DNA of 64,000 nt from Lingula anatina (taxonomy: Eukaryota; Animalia; Brachiopoda). The notes beneath the pieces were generated by a model. The model saw nothing but the letters and a program-made list of their open reading frames with translations. It had not been told where the DNA came from and made no database searches. Made by a program: the position numbers and the translations under genes. This document shows positions 1-12,046 of this stretch, one piece after another (the first letter of the stretch is position 1; each line of letters starts with the position of its first letter). The DNA lies in contig CM120649.1 of assembly GCA_051362555.1 (NCBI GenBank), forward strand, positions 12,648,001 through 12,712,000, given 5' to 3'.

Positions 1-96
1 TAACCTCAAAATGTTTCATGCGTGCGTGTGTTCTTGTGTAAAAGACATATTATCATACTGACCGCCTATTGCCTTACTCTTTTAAGGTATAAGCCG

Positions 97-1221
97 CTAC
101 TGTGCGGACTTGCATTGGCATGCCCCAATCATAAACTTTCTGACACGTTTGTTCAAAATTCCGTAAATAAAGGGATTGGTGACTGAACTAAGCATCAACA
201 GTTCGATTGATATGTTAAAAATAATATGAAAGGTCACTCTATTGTTTACAATGTAGCTATCAAGCGCCGACAGAAGCGTGTAAGGAATAAATAACAAAGT
301 AAACGTACCTACTATTATGGCAGTCATCTTTGCCACTTTGACTTGCATTTCATCTAATGAAACCATCAATTTGGATTCCTTGCCTTCAACTGTCAGCTCT
401 TCTCTTCGAAATTCTTCTCTCTCCTGTTTGGACTGGTTTTCTGTCTGCGCGGTGGAGGTACCTGGCATATTCATCTGAATGCTGTTCACTGGGGTGGGGC
501 TGGGTCTGGGGGCGTATTTCTTCATTTTCTGTCTTTGCTGCCGGACGCGTCGAAATATGGCGCAATAACACCCTAATGTTATCAGGAGGCAGATTGGCAG
601 GTGCGGCGTCACCAAGAATCGCATGTGTGTTGGATTGATTATATTACCCTTGCATTCTTTATCCGGGGACCAATCATTCCAGCCGAACAGAGGAGGGATG
701 GAAATGGCCACCCCGTACAGCCATGTAAAGACTATGGCCGAGATCAGTCTCTTTTTGGTAAATAGTGTCACGTACTGGATATGTCGACAGATCTTAAAGT
801 ATCTTTCAAATGCAATTAATGTTTGGTGAAAAAGTGATATAAGTATCAGTCCGGATCCAGTGGCAGTCTTAAACAGACAAAAATATTTTTCGGATGCGAG
901 GTGACGTAGCCCGGGTAAGTTGTCAACGAAATACACAGTGACAATGTGAATCGACATGGCAACGAGACCAGTGACTAAATCCGCAATTGAGAGACTCATC
1001 AAGATGTAGTTTGTTTGCTCTTGAAGTTCCTTAAACTTTGCAAATGCTGCAATGAAAATGCTGTTGCCAACAATCGTCGCAACGAACAGGCTGATTTCCA
1101 CTGCGATGAAAGGCAGGCATGATACCAGGCCCGTGCACGCTGAAGCCACCGTAGAAGTTTCGTTAAGCGTCATGTTGCCTTCCTCTGTCATAAAATCTTC
1201 TTCGATTGATTTGTTCAACAT
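97..1221 (-). CDS. Intronless rhodopsin-family (class A) GPCR, amine/adenosine-receptor-like orphan
   Basis: Seven hydrophobic segments with class-A motifs: GN (TM1), LSIADL (TM2), ERY (TM3), W in TM4, F..L..P (TM6), NPFIY (TM7), and C-terminal Cys (CQC). N-terminal NxT/S sites. The ORF-track start is TTG; the first ATG is at 1221, with alternative ATGs at 1191 and 1173. Confidence 0.92.
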   Translation of the reverse strand: MLNKSIEEDFMTEEGNMTLNETSTVASACTGLVSCLPFIAVEISLFVATIVGNSIFIAAFAKFKELQEQTNYILMSLSIADLVTGLVAMSIHIVTVYFVDNLPGLRHLASEKYFCLFKTATGSGLILISLFHQTLIAFERYFKICRHIQYVTLFTKKRLISAIVFTWLYGVAISIPPLFGWNDWSPDKECKGNIINPTHMRFLVTPHLPICLLITLGCYCAIFRRVRQQRQKMKKYAPRPSPTPVNSIQMNMPGTSTAQTENQSKQEREEFRREELTVEGKESKLMVSLDEMQVKVAKMTAIIVGTFTLLFIPYTLLSALDSYIVNNRVTFHIIFNISIELLMLSSVTNPFIYGILNKRVRKFMIGACQCKSAQ

Positions 1222-2939
1222 TTCGTATCTCTTCAACGCAACCAAAGTCAGCTGTGCTGTTTGATTTGATTACTAGCTAGAATCTAGATATTTGTTTCCC
1301 GTTTCATTTAGACAAATATATATATACCCCAAAAGGAACTACAATTATATAATATAGAAGGTAAAGAATATCATTGGTTGTTATGTCAATACGTCACATG
1401 TCAGAATCTGCACTGGGCGTTTTCTACAATAATCCGAAGGAAAAGAAGAATATTCTCGGTTGTTTTCAGTGACAAAAGATTGTTTGGCTTTCAGACAAAT
1501 TCCGTTACTTCTGTCTTTGTGCATGCAATGTTACTTGAGGTGAAATTCGTTTTAAAAAATAGAGGGTTGCGACTTTAGGAATTATGCTCCCTTTGCAGAA
1601 ATGTATTTGAACATCCTAAAATTCGCATCGATTAGATGACTACTTTTAAAGAGATGTAAAATTAAATGTAAGGAGCCCAACATTTCCCCATCCAAAAATT
1701 GATAATGAATTTTTCAAGTTTAGCTAAAACGACACAACTTGTGGTTTATTATACTGTGAAAATTTTCCTTATACCTACATGTACAGTATACCACATGTTC
1801 AACACAACACTTTTCTATTGCTTTCTAGCAAAACAAGCCACATAACCTACGTTATGTTGTAATTCTTTACACTCAATTGTAAATAATTCAATAATTCAAA
1901 TACCAACACGGTGTTAAGGGATGAAGTGGCTTGAATTTATGGACCAAGTGCTTAGTCATCGTATTAGATCTTCTTAAGTTATCTTTCGATCATTGTGACA
2001 GCCGAAAGGGACAGCGACTGGAAGGAAAATCTTTGTCACTTTTTAATTGACCACTTTTTTTCATCTTGTCATTTCATGATGGAATAAATACATCGGAAAT
2101 GATAAAAAAAAACAAACAAGCACCTGTTGATGCTTCACAAATGGTGAATAATAACTAAACTGCATTACAGAAAACAAGAAGTGGTAAAACTACCTTTTGG
2201 ACAAAATGATAATGAAAATTAATTTTGTGGACCTTTTAACGTCCACCAGTCTAGCATAGAGATTATATTACATTAATTACACAGATCAGGCGATAGATCA
2301 CATTCCTGTTTTCGACAAAATATTCAGTTAATGATATCTATTAAAGTATCTTGTCGAACAAGATACAGCAGCGGCGAGTGCTGAAGATAATCCCTCAGCC
2401 GCATACCTGGCAATGACGCGAGCATGTTGACAAGACAGTAGCTTCTTTAACTTTGCATTAAAATGGAAAATAACTCTAGGTATCTGAACAAGGTAAGGTA
2501 TTAAAATGTAAATGAAGAGAAGCATTTAAAAAACTACTCCAACTTCTCTCTGTAGTGTAACTTTTTTATTGGTTGTAATTTTACCATTTACCATGTGCTG
2601 TTTTATTATTCATTTAACTGTAAAATCCTTAAGGTTTAATCATTCGGTAGAAATGTGATTTAATATCATTTCAATAATAAATGGGCATGAAATCGGCGTT
2701 TGAAAGCATCTCTTAAACGCAACTTCTAGCCTTTGCTATAAATTCTCACTCGTGCAGCAACCATGCAAGCAAATAACCGTTATGAGCTATAAATACGATG
2801 CAATCAGAGCTGGAGGTGTGACGTTACTTGCTACATTTGATCTATGAACTGTCATACATCCAGTTTGCAGCGGAAGCACAGTATCTAGTTATAGAAGTTA
2901 TAATGGTGTACACATTGAAAGTGCGTAGTATCTCCGATA

Positions 2940-3126
2940 CAGGCCCGTAGCCAGCAATTTCAAAAGTGGGGTTCTTTTTTCTGAAAAAGTGGACCTTTTA
3001 CCATGAAACCTTCATGTACCTAGATAAAATTTTACCCAGAAGGGACCTTTTCCCAGCAAAAGGGTGCGTTCTTTCGAACCCCCCCCCCGACCCCCCCCCC
3101 ACCCCCCACCCCCGGCTACGGGCCTG
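2940..3126. mobile_element. MITE with CAGGCCCGTAGCC terminal inverted repeats
   Basis: caggcccgtagcc ... ggctacgggcctg; flanks cgata/caata form a near-perfect 5-bp TSD; internal C-runs. Confidence 0.75.
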
Positions 3127-3478
3127 CAATATATTACTAGTACACCACTTTTTACAATGAAAAAATAATTGTCTTAATCCATCCGCCAATAGATATCTAA
3201 TTAGGTAATAATATTGAGCTCTACATCACTGGAAGGAGCCTTAAAAGCTCCATATCTGCACGATTTCTTAGAAGCCAATGTACTGTACTAAGAAGTGGTA
3301 CATTTAAGGTGAGATAAGTTATTGATTATAACGACACATTTTTATCATACTGGCCGTGAGCCCATTCGTAAATATATTTTAAAAATTCAGCCTCCTTGTT
3401 CAAGTAGACTAACCTGTCGTCTGAATAATTTTTCTCTCGAATATGTTTTTCAAAACTTTTTAAACAATTCATAAGCAG

Positions 3479-3479
<1 letters not shown>

Positions 3480-3540
<61 letters not shown>
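3480..3540. repeat. (TA)n microsatellite
   Basis: About 30 TA units; a similar array lies at 15599-15655. Confidence 0.95.
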
Positions 3541-3545
<5 letters not shown>

Positions 3546-4650
3546 CATATACCGTAGGTTAGATACACTGATAAATATGTCGAAAGATAACACGTGCTCG
3601 GTCGGCACATTTCGTAAGAAAACGGCGAACCATTCGGAAACCCTCGGCTACTTCCGTGTGGGTCCATCCAGAATCTTCCTCTGATGGCTGAATGCCAGGT
3701 GAACATGATGCTGAGTCACTTCCGATTAGACGTTTGCCGTCCATGCACCTCTTCAGTATGATTGGGTAATTTGACAATTTTGTACGCCATCGCTCCCTCA
3801 ATGCAGGGTGCCAGGGATAGACATCCACAGGGTATACTTTGACAGTGGTCAGAATTGACTTGAGAAAAGAACAAGGCTTTCTTTCCAATTTTGACACAGG
3901 CAAGGCATTCAGTTCATTATCTCATTTATGATGTCAGTTATTATTGACCTACAGTGTATAGCTGGGCGATAGCAATAGTATCAGAGTGCGGTTGTAAGGT
4001 TTTTAACATGTAATTCATCAAGTCGTTTAAATAGGTTTCACCCATTCACAATTTAAATTTTTTATTAAAAGGATACAATATGTTGAAATAGGTTATCCAG
4101 TTTAGTCATGTGCTTAACAAGTATACCAAGTCAATCTGAACCGTCAATATATTCATTTACTTATTTATTTATTTGTTCTTATTTTTATTCGTTCGTTCCT
4201 TCGTTCGCTAATTTTTCCCCAAATAACGTATCTTTTGGATTCGTTCATTTATTCATATCAACACATATGTGCACTATGACCATTTTTATACCAAGTAAAT
4301 TTGCTTGTAAACACGATGAGGCAAGCATAAACTCCATACCCGATTGGAAATTTATATCGCTCTTGTGACATGCCAATTCAAATCAAATGTTACCCCAAAA
4401 CTACATATTACATGTACTTGGAAATTTTGATAGATCTTGTGACACGTCACTTCAAATCGAATGTTATCCTGAATCAAGTTACATATTATGTCTGATAAAA
4501 ACAGCGGTCGGTATGTTACTGATTGCCCCCGACAGACTTTCTTTATCTAATACAACTCTTAAGATAAACAGTAGATTTTGAGCTCTGGACTCTTCAAGTG
4601 TTTTCCAGTTTTAGATGTGAATTTTATCTACAGGGTAACTGCAACCAAAG

Positions 4651-6643
4651 ATGCCTCGTCAAAAGGACCACGTTGCGCGAATCAAACGCAACTTCACCTT
4701 TCTGATCGAAGACTTGGATCTTTCCTTCCTTCTGGACTATCTCTTTGAAAAAGACGTGTTTGAATTAGATGAGCTTGAACAGATTCGATCAAAAGCAGCG
4801 TCCAGGGATCAAAATAGGGCGTTTTTGGAGAGGTTAATGAAGAAAGATGCAGAAGCGTATGCCTGGTTCCGGGAAGGCCTCAGGAAAGGACAAGAATACA
4901 TAGGTCAACATTTGGACGCAGACAGACGACATAGTCATAGCCCTTGCGACAGTCTGGCGAGTACCGAAGCGTTCCATCATGCGGAACTTAACGGTAGAGT
5001 GACTCTTTCTTATCGGATGTATTGGTACTTCAAAGTGCCTTAAAGAAAATATACATTGCATCTATCAGATACTAAACTGCACATATGCTTCACATATGTT
5101 TAATTTTAAAGCTTTCTGCTGTTTGAAAACGTATAAAGAAGCTTTTCTAACAGCAGGCTAACTAGTCCGTGGATCAAATATGGCCGATCTACTTAAACGT
5201 TTGTGTAGTCGGGGAATCTATTCATTGTTTATTAGGGAATTTGACTTTTAAGTGGGTCGCCATATTTGATCTACGGACTAGTAAGTCCGCTGTTGTGAAT
5301 GCAGCCTTAGTATGGATAGATTCAAGCAACTCCGGCTCTAAAACATATAATCCGCCGTGGTGTAAAGGCTCACACCTTGTTGGTCCGAGCTCGATTCCCG
5401 GCGTCGGTATTCATGCCAGACTATTATATAAAATCTCCTTAGTGATTACTTAATAGTGTTTTGGTCAGCATTTAGGAAAGATATCAAGGACTTGCGATAG
5501 AAGGTTTCCTCCTTTCATTCAATTTGCAGTCGCGCTCATCGGCGATTCTAATGCCGGGAAAACAACCCTCCTTAAGGAAAGCTTAAACCGCACGGAGAAA
5601 AAGTCCTTCAAGTCGAGATATGGGTAAGTGATTCTTCTGCAATGGCTTTCGATGGAATAGGCCTATCTGAAGCCTTTTTCACATCCATCGATATATTTTA
5701 CCCGGCTGTTCCATTTTGAAAGGCCCTAACACGCAATTACGCAACATGGGGTTCGCTCTCACTCTCTTTCACATTATCTCCAAAAATACGCTGGTCTTAG
5801 GCAAGGAATTTAATTGGGCGTGATGACTAAGCGCCAGGGTTCCTTTTCGGTGACTAACTAAGAGCGCATTCAGAACAACTTGGTCCGCGGACTTACAGAT
5901 ACTCGGACTAAGTATGGCCGACTAACTTAAAGCGTTAACGTTACCATTATGATCCAGTTGGTGCAGGCTAGGGGCCTAACAATTAAACTTCGGCCCCAAG
6001 ATTTAATCCGTTTAATGACGCCTGTGGAGGCGGGGAGACCATCAGGGAACTAAGCAGCTTGCTTTAAGTGGGTCAGCCATATTAAGTCCGATGATCAGTT
6101 TGCGGATCATCTGTTCTGAACGCGCTCTAAGTTACGTAGTAGCAAGATCGTCAGCCTCTCAAAGCGGACATGTGTGACAAGAATGGTAGTCCTAGGAATG
6201 GAAGTCCGGGGTTCCATATGATAAGTACAGGTTAGGGTTAGTCGTTAGAGATTTGGGTTTAGTATATGGGACGTGTGCCACCTGTACAAAGTAGCTGGGA
6301 ACGTACTACGCTTTCTAGCGTACTACCATCCCCAGCTGTCACGCCGGTCCATTCAAGCACACCTCTCGATGTGCCAATGGGCCTAATTTTTCATATACTG
6401 GGTAGCAGTCTCCAATAGCTAGACCACTATGACAAACGATTATTCAATTAATCACATATGTGATAAGATATCAAGATATCGAATGATATGATGTGGCGAA
6501 ATGTCTGATAAAGAACGCATGCGAGAGATGATCGTGACTTTAGGGCCATATTTGTGGACACTGAGACAGCAAACTATTTATGTTCCAATGGACTGATTAG
6601 CTGAAAATCACTGTGTACGTGTGTGAGAGTGCGTGCGTGCATG

Positions 6644-6691
<48 letters not shown>

Positions 6692-8030
6692 AGACGTAAG
6701 TCTATCCCAGTGGTTTGTTTAGCCTCAAAGCCTCGTGTGTGAGCGCACATGAGCAGTGGCGGATTTCTGCAAAAAAATCACACCAATGGTCCTCTCTTGA
6801 AATAAAAATGTTGACTAGCTGAATCATAGTTTTAAACCGTGCTAAATGGCAACTTTCGCCCTCTAAAACACCTAAATTTAAGCAGGCCCTGAACCCCACG
6901 CCGAGAGGGGGGTTGGGTCCACTTGGCATCCGCGGACCCCCTTCAAATAATCCTGGATCCGCCCCTGGTGAGTGACTGTGTGTGTGCATGCGTGCGTGCG
7001 TGGGTGCATATGTGTGAACATAGACGATATGTTGTCAGTATAACGTAGATTTTTATACAGCTATATATATATTTACGTAACCAAGAAAATACTCTAAAGT
7101 GTAGCTTGCTTACATAGATAAGTAAATTAATCGAATAATTTAAAGAAAGTAATTGATGGTAAGAATAACAATAATTAGTCCATGAGCCAAAATGAAAAAA
7201 TGGTCTTACATGTATTTAAGGATTTGGCTGGGGGCTAGGCAAAGGTTTTATAATTGATTCTTGTAGTTTAGTACCTGAATTTTCCATTTCAAAAGAAAAG
7301 TGTCCGTTTGTACCGGAAACTCGCAAAATCCAAGATGGCCGCCAATATATTCATTTGTCATATGTACATACAAAAACTGATTTTTAAGTTCCTTTACAAT
7401 TAAATTTTATCAAAATTTGCACAAGTACTAAGGCATTCATTAATTTTTCAGTTATTTAATATTTTTCAATATGGCGACCAAATCCAAGATGGCGGCCATT
7501 TTTCTTGTTTTTTGATAAAAATTCAAATACCTAAATTTGAAATTTTTCATTTACTAAATATTTGGAATATTTTACGTTTTGGAAGATTTGAATTAGTTAA
7601 GTCTAATGTTGATGTCTGATTTCAATTTCTTTAGATATTGATCATTTCGTTTATATATTATTTTGATTATTTTGATACACATTATAAAATGCCAAAGTCA
7701 ATTTTAAAATAAGGCCTAAGGATTGAATCAACCATGATTTTAGACGTGATTTGGGTTTGACTTTAAATTTTTGAAATAATTCTAACATGAACAGTAACTA
7801 GTTAATAATTTTATCCAAGCACTCAAGCCCAATCCACACCACGCCCGACCACCAACTTGGACATCGTCCATATCCCCGTCAAATTTACTTCCGGAAAGAG
7901 GGTCGAGTTGAAGGTTTGGGATACTGTCGGAACAGAGAGATACCAGGCACTGAACACAGTGTAAGTTATAAGGTGTAAATAATCTCATTCAGTTTCATGC
8001 CCGCCGCTATGATGAGTGGTGTGTGTGTGT

Positions 8031-8061
<31 letters not shown>

Positions 8062-11000
8062 GGGGGGGGGGGAGGGGGTCAAAGGGTTATAAAGATACGC
8101 CTATACACACATGTCTATGGTGTATGTACCAGTGTATGTACATGTTTATGGTTCGATCATACTGTTACAGATTTATTAAAACGGTTTACGTCCGTAGAGC
8201 AATGTTAAGCCTCGGTCACAACCGGACGCACGGATTGGGTGTTGCGGAGGCCGTAGAGGTCGTAGAGGTAGAGGAAAGTCTGCCTTGCGAGTCGCAAGGG
8301 CCACATGAGATGTCCTTTCAAGCAGGGACGCTAATTGCACGGAGCAATGGCCGTGGAAATTGTACTCATTTCTTGAGTTTGTCTTGCTTCCTGTGTACGT
8401 GGCACACACTCACCACTTACGAAGGGAATGCGACGCACGGCGAAAGTAGTGCCCTTTTGCGTCAGTTTTGCTTCACACTTGCCTCACACGTTTGTGGTTA
8501 CATACTGACGGCGTGCGTCAGTTTTGCTTCCTGTTCTCCTCTTTTTTCTTCTTCCTCCTCCCTTTTTTTTTTTTTTTTTTTTTACTATGTAAGCTTCTTT
8601 TCTTGCCTTTTGGAAGCATATTAGAAACTAAATTGGATAAAAAAATTGAAAATTTTTTAAATTCTTGTACACGTTACACAGTTGACGTTCATTGTAAAGA
8701 CACGAGCGTGCGTCGTGAGCACGCCTTTTATACACCAGGCATGGGGGTGACGCACGTGCGACGCATTTCCGGTGTGCTCTCGACTTCTTTCGTTAGTTGT
8801 GAGGGCGTGCGCATTACTCAACACGCAAAGGGCACTTGTTCCTTTATTGCTTGCGACGTGCGTCTTGCACAACGCGCATCTGTCTTGCTAACTCCGTGTG
8901 AGGGGAGCAAGTTACGCTTGCGGCCTCGCTGTTCGCAGGCTATTCGTGGAATCTTTTGGACATGACCAACATCCTCCGTACGTGCTTACGGGCTGTCTGC
9001 GAACTCCAAATTTCGCAAGAAGGACTTGCGTGAGAAGTGAGATTCTGCGCAAAATTTGGACGCAAACAGCCCGTAAGAGCCCGTACGGCCGGTTGTGACC
9101 GAGGCTTTACACTGCATGTATAACGGTAGGGCCTATCATAAATTGAATGAAAGGTATAGCAATAAGGCAAATAAGTGAAAGGGATAATAACTCTTCGTAT
9201 GAGATCTACATTTCACAATAAAAACATTGTGAATAACTCATAGAAATATAATATATTCTGTTTTACCAGAAAAACAAAAAACGTCAGTTATAGCTATTAT
9301 TCTGACATCTGAGCTTGTCTTTAGACCACGTGACCTCCATTGATGGTTATATACTCTGTTATAATCTCTTAAGAGATTAAAACAAAAACACAAACTTTTT
9401 AACAAAAAAAAAGGGGATTAACTTTGAATGTAAAAATGGATTCATTAATCATTGGTAAGTATGGGAAAATTGTTGTTTACTCCAGGAGATTCATTTTTTG
9501 GCCATTACGAAGAGTTATTACCCCTTTAAGTGTAGAAACACTTTATCTGCTCAATAATTAACCAGGGTGATAGGCCTTTCGCAGGAGAAACACCTTATCT
9601 GCTCAATAATTACAAACCGCATGATTTGCAATTTTCCTTTCCACTGACAACGATGCGCATGCGCTGTTAACCCATTTCTGCTGGTCGTGGTTTCATACCT
9701 ATTTCCTGGGACACATGTGCGGTCACACACGTCTAGTGGAAATTGGTTACCCGCGCATGCGTGACACCAGAAACAGGCATGGAATATACCAGTAGGTCAG
9801 CACTTGCATGTCATTTTATGAAGCCGTATATACAAAATCTTACATGCAGACCTACTATAATAAGTGCTTAACTAATTGAAGAAAAGCTAAATAAAAAAAA
9901 GTAAAAAAAGGACATATTGAAAGAATGTTATATGCCTCAAAGCTTCATAGATAAATACACGTATGATCTTACATATGTTGATAATTATAAGACCGCATTC
10001 ACAACGAGTTGAGCCATGGCTCTACAAAGTCACGAACTAAATATGGCGGACGTACATGAAAGGAAAACCGCCTAATCTTTTAATAGTCTCTCCGCCTCTC
10101 ACACGCCTCCCCATGCGTCGTCCCTGCGGGGGTACAGTCATTAAAGCTCGGCTCCATTGGGACGACACATGGGGAGGCGTGTAAGAGGCGGAGAGACTAT
10201 TAAAAGATTAGGCGGTTTTCCTTCCATGTATGTCCGCCATATTTAGTTCGTGACTTTGTAGAGCCATGGCTCAACTCGTTGTGAATGCGGTCTAAGTCTA
10301 TAATACTATTTTTAGTGCATACAAAAAGTGCAGCGCCGCCATCTTTCTGTATGATATCACAGACAAGATGAGCTTCGACCATGTTCCAGAATGGATCCGA
10401 CAATTTCAGAACCTGAAAGTCGACGCGCCGATTGCGATCGTCGGAAATAAGCTCGATTTGGATCGTCAGTGTCAGAGGCGTGAAGCACAGGGATTGGCAC
10501 GCGCAACTTCAGGTAGGTCCTATATTTTCTCAACATTTTGTGAGTGTTTTTGTGATAAGGCAGTGGCGGATTTAGGGGGTGTCAAGGGGGTCCGGACCCC
10601 CCACCCTCTTCGATTTCTAAAAAAACCTGAAGCATTTTTCGGCCCGGTCATTCCTAAAATCCGACCCCACCCCTTCAAATAATCCTTGATCCGCCCCTGT
10701 TAAGGTACCTTCAATAATTTACCTTGGGAGAGAAAAGGCCAGATTATTTGGTAAAGATTATGATAACGAAATGTTTAACTGTTCTTGTTGTTCATTGGCT
10801 GAACAACACTTTTAAGAAAAAAGGATTTAAGTAAGACTAATGCAGTGGTTAATAATATAATGGAGTTTTAAAATGTCTTTTAAACTTTGGATAACATTTT
10901 GAAATATTTCTTATGCTTCAAGTGAAACAATTACCAGTAGCACAGCCACAAATGCATTACCAAGTCCATCGAAATAAGAAAGCCGGTCCAATCACTGTAC

Positions 11001-12005
11001 TTACCTTCCAACATTTGATATCAAAGTAGACTGAAACTGGGGCTGAAATGATAAATGTGAAGTCGATCTTTTTTTTTTTTTCAGATTTAGAGTTGACGCG
11101 ATCAGATGCGTTTTATGAACATTCCGTCGATGACAGCCTTACAAGAAAAATTTCGGTAGATGCTTTACATAGACTAGCAGGTAAGATTTCATAAAAATTG
11201 CTATGACGTCATCTAGGTATAAATAAATATAAATAACAGGCAACGAAATGTCGACTTTACGATATTGGTTAGGTGTGTTTCACAGAAATATATACTACCT
11301 GATTCCCCATCCATTTTATGCTTTTGGACGTTTGTGGTCGATTGAGATCGTTTATTAGAAAGACCGGATGAGTACTGCTTTTTATTTGTTTGAGGTTTTA
11401 ACAGCCCAATTTCAACGGAAATAAGTATAAATAATTATATACAATATCATGTAACCGAAATGCGATAAAAACTTTACTTCAAAGCTCTCCATATATACTA
11501 TATCGTTGTCTAACGCGCCTTGGCTGTCTTTAATGTATGTGAAATGACCTCGCGGGGCATGTCGTGGAATTCTGACCATGAATGTCGAAGTTGCCAAAGA
11601 TAAATCAAAAATAAATCAATAAATACATGAGTAAATAAATAAATAATTAAAAACAGTCGGTCCCGTATTCAATACAATTGTTTTGTTCCAGAAAAGCACA
11701 ATGCCATGTTTATGGAAGTCTCCGCCAAGACTCAGTTTCAGGTTGAGGAGATGTTTCGCATCGTTACTGACGGTAGGTATTTCAGCTGGGTAAATAGGTA
11801 GGAATGCAGTAGAGAAGATAATTATACGTTCACAATAATTACCTCTACCAAGAAAAGAAGATATGTTGTTTATCTGGTAACAAAGGATCCAAGGTGATGT
11901 GTTTTCGGCGTTGGTTTGTTAGTGAACATGATATTCTTAAAAGAAATTTTGATGAAATTTGCAAGATAGACATGTTATAATATATATATCCAAGGGGAAA
12001 ATAAC

Positions 12006-12046
<41 letters not shown>

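Noticed and set aside
4651-5043. Stand-alone 130-aa CARD-only ORF from the ORF track
   Set aside because: A phase-1 donor at 4993/4994 joins it in frame to the GTPase exons, and the tail after AELN is intron read-through. An intron-retained CARD-only isoform is possible but unsupported.
6229-6262. Interstitial telomere repeat (gttagggttag)
   Set aside because: Fewer than two full units, and part of a dispersed repeat family.
8016-9170. Several 60-200-aa ORFs
   Set aside because: They lie within a non-autonomous TIR element and simple repeats and show no protein-like motifs.
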